A stretch of DNA of 64,000 nucleotides from Saccostrea echinata (lineage: Eukaryota). The notes below the pieces were generated by a model. It worked only from the letters and a program-made list of their open reading frames with translations. It ran no database searches and was not told where the DNA came from. Shown here one piece after another: positions 12,850 through 25,900 of this stretch. The stretch spans positions 37,758,001 through 37,822,000 of the forward strand of contig NW_026889778.1 of assembly GCF_033153115.1 (NCBI RefSeq). Direction: 5' to 3'. The translations under genes and the position numbers were made by a program. Every line of letters begins with the position of its first letter. Position 1 is the stretch's first letter.

Positions 12850-15800
12850 TATAATCGTCAAGTCGAATGTTGACTGACGTTTTCCATTCAAATTGTTAAC
12901 ATTATTTTTACACTGAATTTATGGATTTTCCGTTTGCCCAATCATACCAATGAGCAACAGGGGATGCTTACTCCTCCATGGCACCTGATTCCACCTCTGA
13001 TGATTTTTAAAGGTTCGTGTTTGCTCTTTTCCGTTGTAATGTTCCGGTGGACATTTGAGCTTGATTACTGGTCGTTATCTTCAGATAAAATATTATTATG
13101 TACCTTTCAAGTTTTCAGCACATAATAAAAATCGCACAATAGATACGTCACAGTGCTTATTGCATAAAACTGTTACAGCTGTATCTTAATCTTTCTTTTT
13201 CATCCATTTTATTAATTTTAAATGTTTTTGCCAACTAACAACTAAACTACTCAGTATTGACGAACGGGATGACTTCCGAATCGACCACTTCTTACGTGTA
13301 TTTATGTAGTAAAATTCTACAATCACCTGCTTATGATGTGTAAGTCTCATTTGGTACGCCAGAGCATTCTCTGTATACTATTTTATACATGTACAGGCAG
13401 GATACTGACAAATAAGATGATGTATCAGGGCTTTCAACAGCTCAATCAATGTCAGTCTTTCGAAAATTCCTGGGTCATTTTAATGACCTTGTAGGCAAAT
13501 ACATTTATTTTCCCATTTTTTAAATTTTGCAAGGTTATACACTTTGTGATATTTCAGAATCTTAATAACTTTAACAAATTTACAAAAATCCATGAAGGTC
13601 ATAACTTTTATAAATACGGAATATAATTCAATAGTATGGTGCCGTTGAAGCCCAGAAAAAATATATCATTGTTTGAGAAAATAAAGACAAATAAGGTAAT
13701 GGTTCTGACAAGTTTGTTTTTCGTTCGGAAGAATATATTTGGATGGACAAATAAATTCTTCCTTCGTAAAAATTAAATGCATTTAGAAGAAAGTAGACTA
13801 AATTGTTTTTGAATTGTTCAGACGAACTGGATATTTGCTTGGACAACTTAGCGAAGTATATACTTGTTCGAACAGATTTGATATTTTTTTAATACAAGAT
13901 TCATCATTCCTCTGATAAAGGAGAGCAGGCATGAAAATCAAAGATGGCACATGTATAAGGCACATGGGTTAATTGCACTTTGGGGACAAAAAATGGATAT
14001 CTGCATGCTCAGGTTTTTTTACTGACTCCATTCCTTTGCGATTTCTGGGGTTTCCTGGAAGTTTTACTTGCAGTTTTTCTCTCCACTTTTGTATGTACGA
14101 TAGGTTATAAATTAATGTTTTTTTTTTCTTCTGGTTTGAATGAACATGTACCAAAAGTAGCCAAAACACCCCACAATTCCTCTCATTTAACTTGTAAGAT
14201 AGTTTTGCTATATATCTCAAAATTACATGTTTGTACACTGTTAAAATCACTGAGTTAAAAATACAGACACTCAAATGCAACTTGATCAATAGAAATGTCT
14301 TTCACTAATTAACAATTTTCAATTGCCAATGAGTACATGATTAATTAAAACTGCATGTCAGTAGGATGAGAAGCCCCATGGGCCAAGGAAGCAACAGAAT
14401 TGGAGATATCACTTAAATATTCTTGTATTAGTAAAAGACAGATAGATAGACATTTAATTATAAACATTTTCTCTTTCTCTGGAATATATTTTTTAAAAAT
14501 GATGCATTTGTCAAATCAAAATGGAAGCATTTCCGCATAGGGTATATTGAAGTCGATTATTGTTGTCAATTTATCATAAAAGACAGATAGTTTTATTCGA
14601 AAGATTTAATGAGACCAACATATCATCCCTGTGTCTTCAGTTTTACGTATACCCCAGGTGAGTATTTTGGTCCACCGGTCTTTTGATTTATTATTCTTAA
14701 TCTTTATAATCAAAAAGAAAAATAAATGTATATTCCTAACAAAATATATGAGGGGTCATTATTCTACGGGGGTCATTTTTTCTTCACGCAGGATATGCAG
14801 ATTTTAAGGGTAAGGCCACTTTTTCTACAGGCAGAAGGGTAATTTCTCGACGTCGAAAATAAAATAACTCCCTGTCATTATTCTATGGGGGTCATTATTC
14901 GTCTTAAACACCGGGTACCGGCATTATGATGCGGTTCACTTATAGAATATTGATGTCAATAAATTCAAATATACGCAAATAATAATAGTAATAATAGTCC
15001 AATCCACACATTGCAAAGCGGGGTCAACCATGCAAAAGGGATAGAGATTACATTTCTCCTCTTTATACCATCAAACATTTGGGCTTGCTCCAATAAATCC
15101 ACTGTGTTTAATTTTTTTTTCACTTTGGGGGTAGCCCCATCTTGGGGCAATCTATATACAAGATGTAAAGATTTTTTCCAGTCAAATGACAGACCAGAAA
15201 ACTGTAAAGGCTATTGTGAGGATTATATGGATTTTCCCCCAAAGATGCACAGGTACTTGTGGACAGGACCCTCCCCCCAAATGTTCAACCCCGGGGCTTG
15301 TTGGACATTTCTTCACAAATTATATTTATATTTATTATGCTTATTTTCACATATACCATAGGAAAATCGGGAAAAACGCAAAATAATCGGAGGAGGGGGG
15401 GGGGGTGTTCTGTCCAGAAGTACCTGTGCAAAGATGGTGGGTAACGGAAATTTAAGTTTTGAAAAGTGTGGATTCAACTATAGAAAAATAGTATTTAAAA
15501 ATGTTGGAGACTTTACCTTTTAGTCCTCAAAATTTAACAAGAAAAGTAATTCAGAACATAAGACTGAGATACAAAATTTGTAAATCTTAATGTGGTAAAA
15601 CAAACTTTTTTTCGATCTGTAAGAATATATCAACTTTAGGCTGTCAGAGTGAGCTGGAAAAACCAAATTGCAATTCATTGCTGTGATAAATCAAAATGAC
15701 AAAATCAAACAAAAGAATAACGCATGTTTTTTGAAATTAAACGGACTAGTGAACCTTTGGAGTTACTGAAGTAAACAGACCTTTTGGACTAGTGAACCTT

Positions 15801-16789
15801 AGAGCTTGTGGACCGTGACCGGAAAAAAAATATTTCCACTTCAAAAATTTGCGGCAATCAATAAAAAAAAATATGCATATTTTACTGTTTAAGTTCATTG
15901 TAGTTGAATCCACACTTTAAAAAACACTGACCTTTGTAAGGTTCAGATTGGAACTGTCATTTGACTTAAAAGTAATAGTTTGATTTTGTATTTTGATTGC
16001 CCCTCATCGAAGGAAAAAAAATTAAACACACTGAATTTTATCGCAGCATGCACGATTGTTTGGCAGTGAGATGAGAAACATTCATTTGACCTTTTGGTTG
16101 ACCAAGCAAAGGGAAAAAACTTTTGCAAAATGTGGATTGGAGTAAGTTCTCGCACGGGACAGTCGGGTCCCCTTGAAATAATCTATCCAACCGCATTGAT
16201 CCGCCTTCGACAAATACTTCAGTTTCATTTTTAGCACTTGGTCTCTTCCCTTGATTCCAGTCGCTTATTGAATAAGCATATGCGAGATTGGCCGTGGGTT
16301 TCCGACGATGGTCGCTTCCGAGAGGAAATAGAAGTGGTTTGTCTGGTTCCTTGTGCTCGTTAACCAATGTCAGGGTACCAGTCAATTCATTTTCACTGAA
16401 AAGAAAACAAAACCAAAAATGAAAGTTAACTGGGATTTTTAATGCTTCATTCCAATCCAGTGATTTATATTAGTTGTTTTTTTTTTCTAATTCTCTTATA
16501 TTGTCTCAATGCAAAACATTTAACAACTAACGACCTGAAAACTATTTTTAGTCCGTGAACTATATTTAGCGCAAGGGATTTCTGTTTTCGTCCCAGGTAA
16601 TCATTTTGTTGGATTGCAGAAGAGTAAGCAATTTTAAGCTTTGTTATACCTGGATATTTTGAATATTTCAAGAAAAGACAATACAAAATATGCAATTTTA
16701 GTTTGACTGTTCAAAATTATGATAAATGACATTATGTAAATCTTTTTGTAAATATTCAAGAGATAACAGCAAGTTTTTGTGAGGAAGAT

Positions 16790-17092
16790 TTTGTTTCTTT
16801 GTTTGTTGTTTAACGTCCCTCTCGAGAATTTTTCACTCATATGGAGACGCCAACACTTGCCGGTGGAAGGCTGCAAATTTTGACCAATACTAGGCACTTA
16901 TATCGAGCCATTGAGCAGTGTGGGATCTTTTACGTGCCAGCACCTACTGCGACACGTACTGGACCTCGGTTTACACAGTCTCATCCGAAGGGCCTGCCTC
17001 TATGCCCCACAGTGGGTTCGAACCCGCGACATAAGGATCAACTCCTTACATCGCGACTCTAGAGCAAACACTCTAACCACTGCACCACACGG
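16790..17092 (-). mobile_element. tRNA-derived SINE, near full length, Deu/Nin-type core
   Basis: Minus strand A box tggtgcagtggtt and B box ggttcgaaccc, then the same core and AAAC tail as the copy at 10238. Confidence 0.8.
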
Positions 17093-17499
17093 AAGGTAAC
17101 CGCCATTGAACGTCAAGGTTAAGATTCAACAGAAAAAATATGTTTTGCTCATACCTCTGATACAAAACGAATATACTTTTTAATACTGCGAACTTGGGAG
17201 GGAGGGTTAAAGAAAAAGAGACCGGTATATATTTTTAAAAAGTTTAATGCAGCTAATTGGCAAAAATTTTTCTACAGAATATGAAGCAACACAATTTCAA
17301 AACGAAATACGAAATTCACCAGAACCACTTTCCTCAGAAGCACTTTCGCATTTCAGTTTCTTTCTGAATTGGAGGGTCGACATCTTTCTCTGATTTCACA
17401 AGAAAATAATGGTCTTGTTCCGGGGTGGATTCAAAAAAAATTTTTATACCGATTTCAATCTCTTTACCTCACACTGGTTCTTACTTTACATGTTCTGAT

Positions 17500-17738
17500 T
17501 CTGCACACAAGTATTCCGAAGTCGATACTAAAAGGATGCTTTCAAGTGTTTCTGATTGACAATATCTATGTAGTTTTTGGAGTTCAGACCTTCGAACAAT
17601 CTGTTGAAATTCACGTTGGTGCCAATTGTGCCTGTTACTATTCATATATGAAGCAAAATTTATTCAAAAACTTCTACATCAATTTGATGCATCTCTTTGA
17701 ACTGAAACATATGTCAACAGACAGAGCAAGCCAAATTC
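17500..17738 (+). pseudogene. Decayed reverse transcriptase fragment (Penelope-like), interrupted by the LINE and continuing at ~22068
   Basis: Translates FLIDNIYVVFGVQTFEQSVEIHVGANCA, a degenerate Q..GIPMG.NCAP RT motif; a YLD motif (tacctagat) follows the downstream TSD. Confidence 0.55.
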
Positions 17739-20700
17739 TTTTTTTTTATTGTTATAACACTTTCATAGGTATATGTATACAACATAAATTTCTTCAATTG
17801 GTACAAGTTAACATCCGATTACACATACTCTGTCTTGTCTTAATCATATTTACACAGATCTACTTTTATACACTATGAAAGTTGTTTTGAGAGAGAAAAA
17901 AAAAACAAACATTAACAAAAAAAGGGGGGGTCAGCAAAAGAAAACAATTATTCTATATTACAAATAATACAAAATGATAAATAATCAATCTAATTTTTTC
18001 TTCTGAATCAAATAGGTAATAGGAAGTATATATATCTGTATTAATTTCAGCGCATCACAAATAGTTTTCCAATGCCTTTCATATTCCTCATATCTACAAC
18101 TTTTAAACAACAAAACTTTTTCAATAAAAATTCTATCTGTGATCCCCTTTAGTGCAGCGTTAACATTTTTTGGGGACCATTTTATATTTACTAGCAAAAA
18201 TAAATTGTTTTACAATAAGTATGAAAAGATTCTGATATTTATAAACATTCATATTTTCAAATTTACCAAATAGTATTGCTTGTCTATCAAAACTACAATG
18301 GATGTTAAACTTATTGAAAAGTCATTCTTCAATGGTACACCAGAGTTCTTTTGCATAAAAACATTCTACAAATAAATGATCAATTGTTTCTATGTCACTT
18401 TTGCAGAAAGTACATGCTGGAGAATCAATCAATTTAAGTCTAAATAGATAATAATTAGTTGGGATGATTTTATGTAATAGTTGAAATTGTAGCCATTGAA
18501 ATTTAGATTCTTTTGATATTTTGATAAAGGAAGTTGAAATATTTTATTCCAGTCTGCTTCGCAAAGGGAAACACTGTTTTCTTTCCATTTTTTGAGCGAG
18601 TTGACTGGCTCTTTCTTTTTACTTATAAATATATTGTACATGCCCTTACAACCTTTATCATGTTATAATACACATAAATGGGATATGGAATATGTGGTCC
18701 AATTGACTTTATATTTTCAATTTCATTATTGTTTATATTTTTCAGTCTATCTAAAACTGCAGTCCTAAGACCAATATAATCAATAAAATTTGTTTTCACT
18801 TTCAAGTTTATTAAGGAGTCAAAACTTATGAAACTACCATCATTGTTAAAGAGGTCAATAAGAAAAACAGTGCTTTCATTAAAATAGTTTTTCCAAAAGA
18901 AAGATTTATTATTAATTTTCATCTTTGGATTATTCCATATATCTTCAAAGAGCACATGTCTGTTGTTTTCTTGATTAATCCTAATTAGCCTTGCCCAGCT
19001 TGACAGAACTTCTTTCCAAAAAACATTATTTAATCTTATTGAAAGATTCAGAATGTAATCAGAACCCCTTATCCAAAGATTTCTTATGTCTACTTTTATA
19101 TCAGCTTCAAATAGTTTTACCCAGTTTGCATCTGAGTGAATAAGTCTTCTGATCCAACTTGATTTGAGAGCAGAAATGAATTCTGTATAATCAATCATTT
19201 TAAGACCTCCATATTTATAGTCCTGGATTATAACATTTTTCTTTACCTTATGAATTTTGCTACCCCATAAAAAATAATACATTTCTGTCTCAAACATCTT
19301 CAAAAATTCTGACTTAGGGTTTGGTAAAGTAAGAATTAAATGGTTTAATTAAGGTAATATTGAAGTTTTAATTACTGTTAACCTTCTAATTGGGGTAAAT
19401 TTCCTCAACCTCCACTTATTTAACAATGTTTTGATTTCATTTAGTTTTATGGAATAATTTAAATCAGGCATTTCATCCAAGTTTACTGAAAATTTTATTC
19501 CTAGAAGATCAAAATTTGTATTATCCCAATCCAGCTTCCACCTCGAGTGATGGAATACTTCCCTTGAGATTTTTTTTTTCTTCCGATCCATATCATTTTA
19601 GTTTTTTAAGAAATTTATTCTTAAACCTGATATATTGGCAAAGTAATCTAATTCTCGGAGAATACCATCCATGGATCTTGGTGAACCATCCGAGATAAGA
19701 GAGGTATCGTCAGCATATTGCGAAAGTTTGTACTCTTCACCTTCAATTGTTATACCTTTAATATCTTGATTATTTCGAATTAAGATTCCAAGAATTTCAG
19801 CACATAGCAAAAAGAGATATGGTGAGATTGGATCACCTTGTCTACAGCCTCTTTGGGGGAAAAGATAGTCTGAAGTAAATCCATTTTGTATAACACATGA
19901 TTTAATACCATTATAGAAGGTTCTAATCCAATTTATAAAAGAAGATCCAAAATTAAAAAAAGTCAAGGGTTTGATATATAAAATTCCAAGAGATTGTATC
20001 AAATGCTTTTTCAAAGTCAATTAACATCAATAGGCCAGGTATTTGAATATATTCTGTATAATGCATTATATCATATATCAGTCTAATATTCTACCCGATA
20101 AATCTACATGTACCTTTAATAAATCCAGTTTGGTCTCTGTTTATCAATTTGCCCAATTTAGTTTTCATTCGTTCAGCGATGCATCATGATGCTATTTTAT
20201 AAACCACATTTAAAAGACGAATGGATCGCCAATTTTTCAGAAATTGTTTTTCCTTTCCTACTTTCGGAATACACGTAATGATTCCCAATTTATTTGAATC
20301 TGAGAATTGAAGTAATTCATTTGAATTATTTATTACTCTTGTAATAAAGGAGCCAATATCTTTCCAGAGAAATTTGAAAAATTCACACGTAAATCCATCA
20401 GGTCCTGGACTTTTTTTCATTTTTCATTTGTTTTAAGAAATTAAAAACTTCAAGATTTGTTACTGGCCCTTCCAGACTGTTTGATTCCTCTCTACTTAAT
20501 TTAGGAATATCATATTGTTTAAGTCTTTCATAAATATTTTCTGACTCTACATTTTTCCTTTTCTTGCATAGGTTTTCGTAAAAAGCTTTTGTTTCGTTTA
20601 AAATCTCAGATTGAGAAGAGATAATTGATCCATTGTCCTTTTCTATTTTAGGTATTTGCTTACTCACATAGTTTCTTGATTCTAAACTTACAAAATATTT

Positions 20701-22052
20701 AGAGGGTTTTTCTCCTTCCTCAATCCATTTGACCTTTGACCTTATGCATTGACCTTTAAATCTCATATTCTTTATTTTTTCTACTTCTCTTTGTTTTTCT
20801 TCGAGTTCATTTATTGACTGATCTGTTAAATTCTGTTATTTCTCTTTCCAATTGTTGCTCTCTTTCAATAATTTTCTTTTTTTTATACGTTGAAAATGAA
20901 ATTGAAATTGACTTCCCTCTTATTTCCATTAACAAGACATCAAGAAAGAGTTGATCACTAATGGTAAATTGAATAGCATCATTCTCAAGGTAACTGATTT
21001 TTTCCATACTGGGCAGGAATATTGGATTTTAACCTCCTCAATCTTACATTTTATTTGTTCAACATATTATTTTTCATGTAGCAGAGAATTATTGAATTTC
21101 CAGAAACCATTTCCTTTTTAAATTCATTTAATTTACAGTGTAGTAGAACTGGAGAATGATCAGAACAGTAACTACTTTCAAACTTTACACAAGGCATCAT
21201 AGTTAGCATAGACTCAGACATCAGGAAAAAGTCAAGTCTAGCTTGTTTGAGTGGATTTTTTCGTCTCCAGGTAAACCTTTTTAAATTTGGATTATCTTCA
21301 CGAAATACATCCTTAAATTTAAAACATCCGTAAGCTTCATTACTTCAAGTTTTGATTTTGGGTTGTTTAAATTTTTGTAATTCATTGAATCCAAATCCTT
21401 ATCAAAAAGTAAATTAAAATCACCCCCTATAACAATATTTTGGGAAGAGTAAATCTCCTCTTTTTTATAAACTAAACTTAAGTAGAAATTAGGTGTGTCA
21501 GAGTTTGGACCATAAATATTTATTAGTAAAAAAGAGATATCCTCAATAAAAACATCCAAAATTAGAAGATTACCACCAGTATCCCTATATTCATTGATGA
21601 TTTTTAATTCACAGTTATTATTAAAAAGGATAGCAACTCCCCTTGAATTGGATTTGAATGAACTAAAAAAAAAGCTTTATATCCCCATTGTGTTCTTATA
21701 AAGTTTTCATCTTTTCCCACAAAATGAGTATCTTGTAAAAAATAAACATTATAATTCTTAGGTATGAAATTCTTAAGCACATCTCTTCTTTTATGAATGT
21801 TACCAAGGCCTTGACAGTTTACTGTAAGTATTTTTAGGTTGTTGTTCTTATTATGATCCATATATTTTTTAAAAGTATGGATGAAAATATTGCTGACCCC
21901 ATACAAGACAGAAACAAAAAAAAAAAACAAATAAATAAAAGATAACAAAAGTGTATATACAAAAGTATGTGGATTGTCTGAGAAAACATGCCTTGTTGTT
22001 TTTGAGAGTAGAAAGTTTATACCAAAAACATATTTAATTGATATTGCTAATT
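17739..22052 (-). mobile_element. L1/Tx1-clade non-LTR retrotransposon, 5'-truncated (no ORF1), ORF2 frameshifted
   Basis: APE endonuclease motifs (TVNCQGL, FLQDTH, NIYGPN, GGDFN), RT motifs (KSPGPDG, KNWRSI, GCRQGDPISPYLF, YADD), YGGLKM; poly(A) tail seen as T-run at 17739; exact 15-bp TSD gagcaagccaaattc at 17724-17738 and 22053-22067. Confidence 0.93.
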
Positions 22053-22955
22053 GAGCAAGCCAAATTCGTTACCTAGATCAAACTCACCAAGGGCTTCCAT
22101 CGTAACATAAATTTCGGCGCTCTCTGAAACTTTTTATTTTCTCTGCAATGAAGTTATCTGATTGGTTTGATCAATGAATTTGAGTTATATATTTGATTGG
22201 TTTGATCAATAGATGGAACGTTTTAAAACACAAACGTCATTTAGGAGTCTTGTGTCATTTAAAGTACTTGTTTCCAACTTTATGGGAGATACAGGCGGGG
22301 CCCAGCTCGATCTTTCGCCCTTGTCTTAATCCCCGCCCGGTATATCTCATACAGTAGAAAACTCGTATTTTAAATATAAAAAAACCCACTGACATGCTGT
22401 TTTTATTAAATAATGTTGTCTAAGATCTGATTTAGATATTTTGGTGTATACATGTCGTCAAATATTACACAGTTTTTATTTCAAAGTTCTAAAGAAATGC
22501 TCAATCAAACAGAAATGCTTTTATTTGATATTTGAGTTCTATAGAGAACTTTGAACACTTTGTAAGAACATACCAAATAAGATACTGTGAAAACAAAATA
22601 GAATGTCCAAATAATTATTTTCTAAGATTTTTTTTTCTAATTGCTAAAGTGTATTTATCTGTTATAATGGCTTTTTCAGTTTCCTCAATAGATGCTAAAA
22701 CTGTGATCCTAAACATTACAAGTGGCTTCAGCATGCCATATTCCAGTATTCAAATTAAATATGATTGCATATGATCATTTTAATACGGAATACAAGAGCA
22801 GTGCATTTTTAAGCTACTTTAAATCAACTTCCAGCATAACAGAAAAATAGGATAGAAGTATTAATTAAGATATCATTTTTATGGCCAATTTAAAGAACAG
22901 TAAAATGATTTTCATTATTTCAGGAAAACCTACCAAACAGAACTGATGGCACGAA

Positions 22956-25900
22956 ATGGCCAAGAGTCAGAAGAAGAAGAAATTAGCAAAAAGCAATTCA
23001 GGTATAATATTTACCCACAACTATTTATAAATATGAAAATATCTCAAACAGGATTTGAAATGTTCATTCGGTTTGACTTAGATCCAGAATTATAATAATC
23101 TGTGTAGAACGAGAATACATGTCATTTCCATACTAGAAAAGTCTAATACTGTAATACTATAGTTAACATAGACAGATATTAAAATGTTACTTTTACCAAA
23201 TTGTACTGTGAAGTCATAATTATTCTTTGGGGAATAATATTCGTGGATTTCGTCGGTCACCCTTACCCACGAATTTGGATCCCCTCGAACAATGACCTTT
23301 GTCAATGTATTCATTAAATGTAATGTGTCCATTAAACTTTTTCATATACTAACTACCCTCGAAATTACGTCCATAAGAACCGGTGAAGTTTGGTTACTCA
23401 CGAACATTGACCCAAACTATTCCACGGTAACACCCCCCAAGAAAATCTGTATAAAATGACATCAATCTTATATATATAAGTTTCAGATTACCCAGCCTTT
23501 TTTGAAGAGGAATTGTGTTCACGTCTCGGTAGAGAGTGGTTTTCGTTCGGTACCCATATAGGCTTTGAACACAGTTCTCTGGTCCAGCTACAAGATCTGT
23601 TTCCTAATAGCCCACAAAAATGTGCCAAATACATGCTCCAGCAGTGGAATACCGTGGTATTGAAACATACATTGAAATGTGTTCCTTTGCTATACTTTGG
23701 ATTAAAGGAAATTAAACTTCTGGATTTAGCAGATGACCTTTTGAAAGCAGCAAATTCTGGTGAATATTTATGATTTATTTATATATAAACGCAATCTCGG
23801 CAAACTTTTAATTTGAAAAGAGAGAGAGAGAGAGAGAGAGAGATTCATTTTGTTACTGTCATTTGTAGATAAACCGGAGTCCAAACATGAGAGTATTTGG
23901 GATGATCTTCTTCAGGACTTAACAAAGATTTCGTTTAAAATGATGCCTGAACTTGATGAAAAAGGTTGATTATGGTTTTTTGAGTTTTTGACATTAAAGT
24001 TTCAATTGAAAATACGTTCAATTCTTCTTACTTCTTAGAATTAATAGTGCAAACTTTTCTCTTCAATTAATACAACTTTCATCTGATTTTTAAAACATTT
24101 TAGAGAGTAAACCCAAAGAGGGAGATACATATATCTTTAAGGACTGTAGTAATATTGTTATTGGACAAGGTTCAAAGCTCACTGTTAATCAGGCATATAA
24201 AGAATTAGCAAATCCGAAAGGTAAGTGTGTAATTTTATATATATATATATATATACATGTGTATAGAACTTGTTTAATGAGTCTGAAATGCATTGACTGT
24301 ATACAATTTTAGTCCATCCTTCATTTTTTCTTATGATACTGAAAGTAAGAATTTTTTATGACGTTTTGAAGGAAAACAGCAAAAGAAAGATGCTATTCTT
24401 CTCGGTATGCTTCAGTGTATACTGTACCCAAATGAAACTGAAGAGCCAAAGGAAATGAATCTGCAAAAGCTTGAGACTGCTTTCACCAAGCTCTTTGGAA
24501 CATTTATGACTGATAAGAAGTCTTTTTACCAAGTTTCAGGAATTAAGTTAAAATCCTTTTTGCAAAGATATCCCCTGAAGTTTAAGTGTACAAAAAGAAG
24601 ATCAGAATTCGCTGTTAAATTTATACCAGGAGATGATAAATGGCATGAGTGCTATGAGCTTAATATGCTTAGAAGCGCATCCCAGACCAAACAGTGTAGT
24701 GAAAATATTTCTAGATCATGTTCAGCTGTTTCTGATCATCAGTCAGATACTGAACATGAAGACGAAGATTCAACAGATGAAGGATGGGTCTACGTGAGGC
24801 ATAAAACCCATGAAAAGAACAAATCAAAGCACAAAGACGAGAATGATTTGTTTCCGCCTCTGCCTCGTAGCGGAAATATATCACAGAAACCCATTTTTCA
24901 AAAATCATATGCATGTGTAACATCATCCTCAAACAAAACTGCGAAAGATTACAGAAAACTTGAACAAACTACATCGCAATCTTCGAAGCCAGTATATATG
25001 CAGCAAAGAAAGGAGTACACAATACCGAGTAGTGGAACAATTGCTGATATAAAAGATCTCTTTGCCTATCTCAATAACTTTAAATCAGGTCACCACATTC
25101 TTTTTACTTCTACTCAGGACATGTCCGAAAATATTGAAGCGCTGGCCCTTGTTCCTTGGCTAAGCGTTTATGATTTTGATAAACATAGTCGAGTAGATGG
25201 GCTTTTATCAAGAATAGAGGACAGTATAAAACAACGGCGATCAATTCACGTTTGCACATGGAGGGATCGTCCTCATCTTTCCCACCATGGGACACAGTGG
25301 TGTTTGCTTCGCGGATCTGTGCAGGAGGCTGATAGTCGAACGCCTGACGATTATATACAATGGATGTTCTATATAAGAGAAAACTACGAAAAGCAGATTA
25401 TAGAATTAGCAAACATATCTGATAATTACTGCACATTAACGTTTGTTGTATTTTGGCCTTCAGATCTTGAGTCATGTCAATATATGTTCAAGGCACTTTC
25501 AAAAATAGCAGAACTCATTGAAAACCCTAACATTGTTATTTGCTGTAATGAAAGCAACGCATCGTCAGAGAGTAAAACTATGCTGGGACTTCTGAAACCA
25601 AAGCTTACGCTGATCAATGATTTTAAGGAAATACTACAGGGAATATCAAGTTTGCTTGGTGAAAAATACTCAATCCAAAGCGTAGAGTACAAGCTGCCAA
25701 CATTTGATAAAACAGATGTTCCACATATTGATGAATCAATGGCTGCCATATTCCGAGAAGACTTTGAAATTCTGTACTTGGACAACCCATATCGCAAAAC
25801 TAAAGAAAGCGAAATGACTATGGAAGAGTTACATGAAGAAGAGAAGCATTTTTATCGGGGAGGGAATCTCCACTGGTTTGCACTTTACCTTGCTGGGGCT

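Noticed and set aside
15500-15640. Sequence shared with ~32355-32490
   Set aside because: Short dispersed repeat fragment with no diagnostic ends or coding signal.
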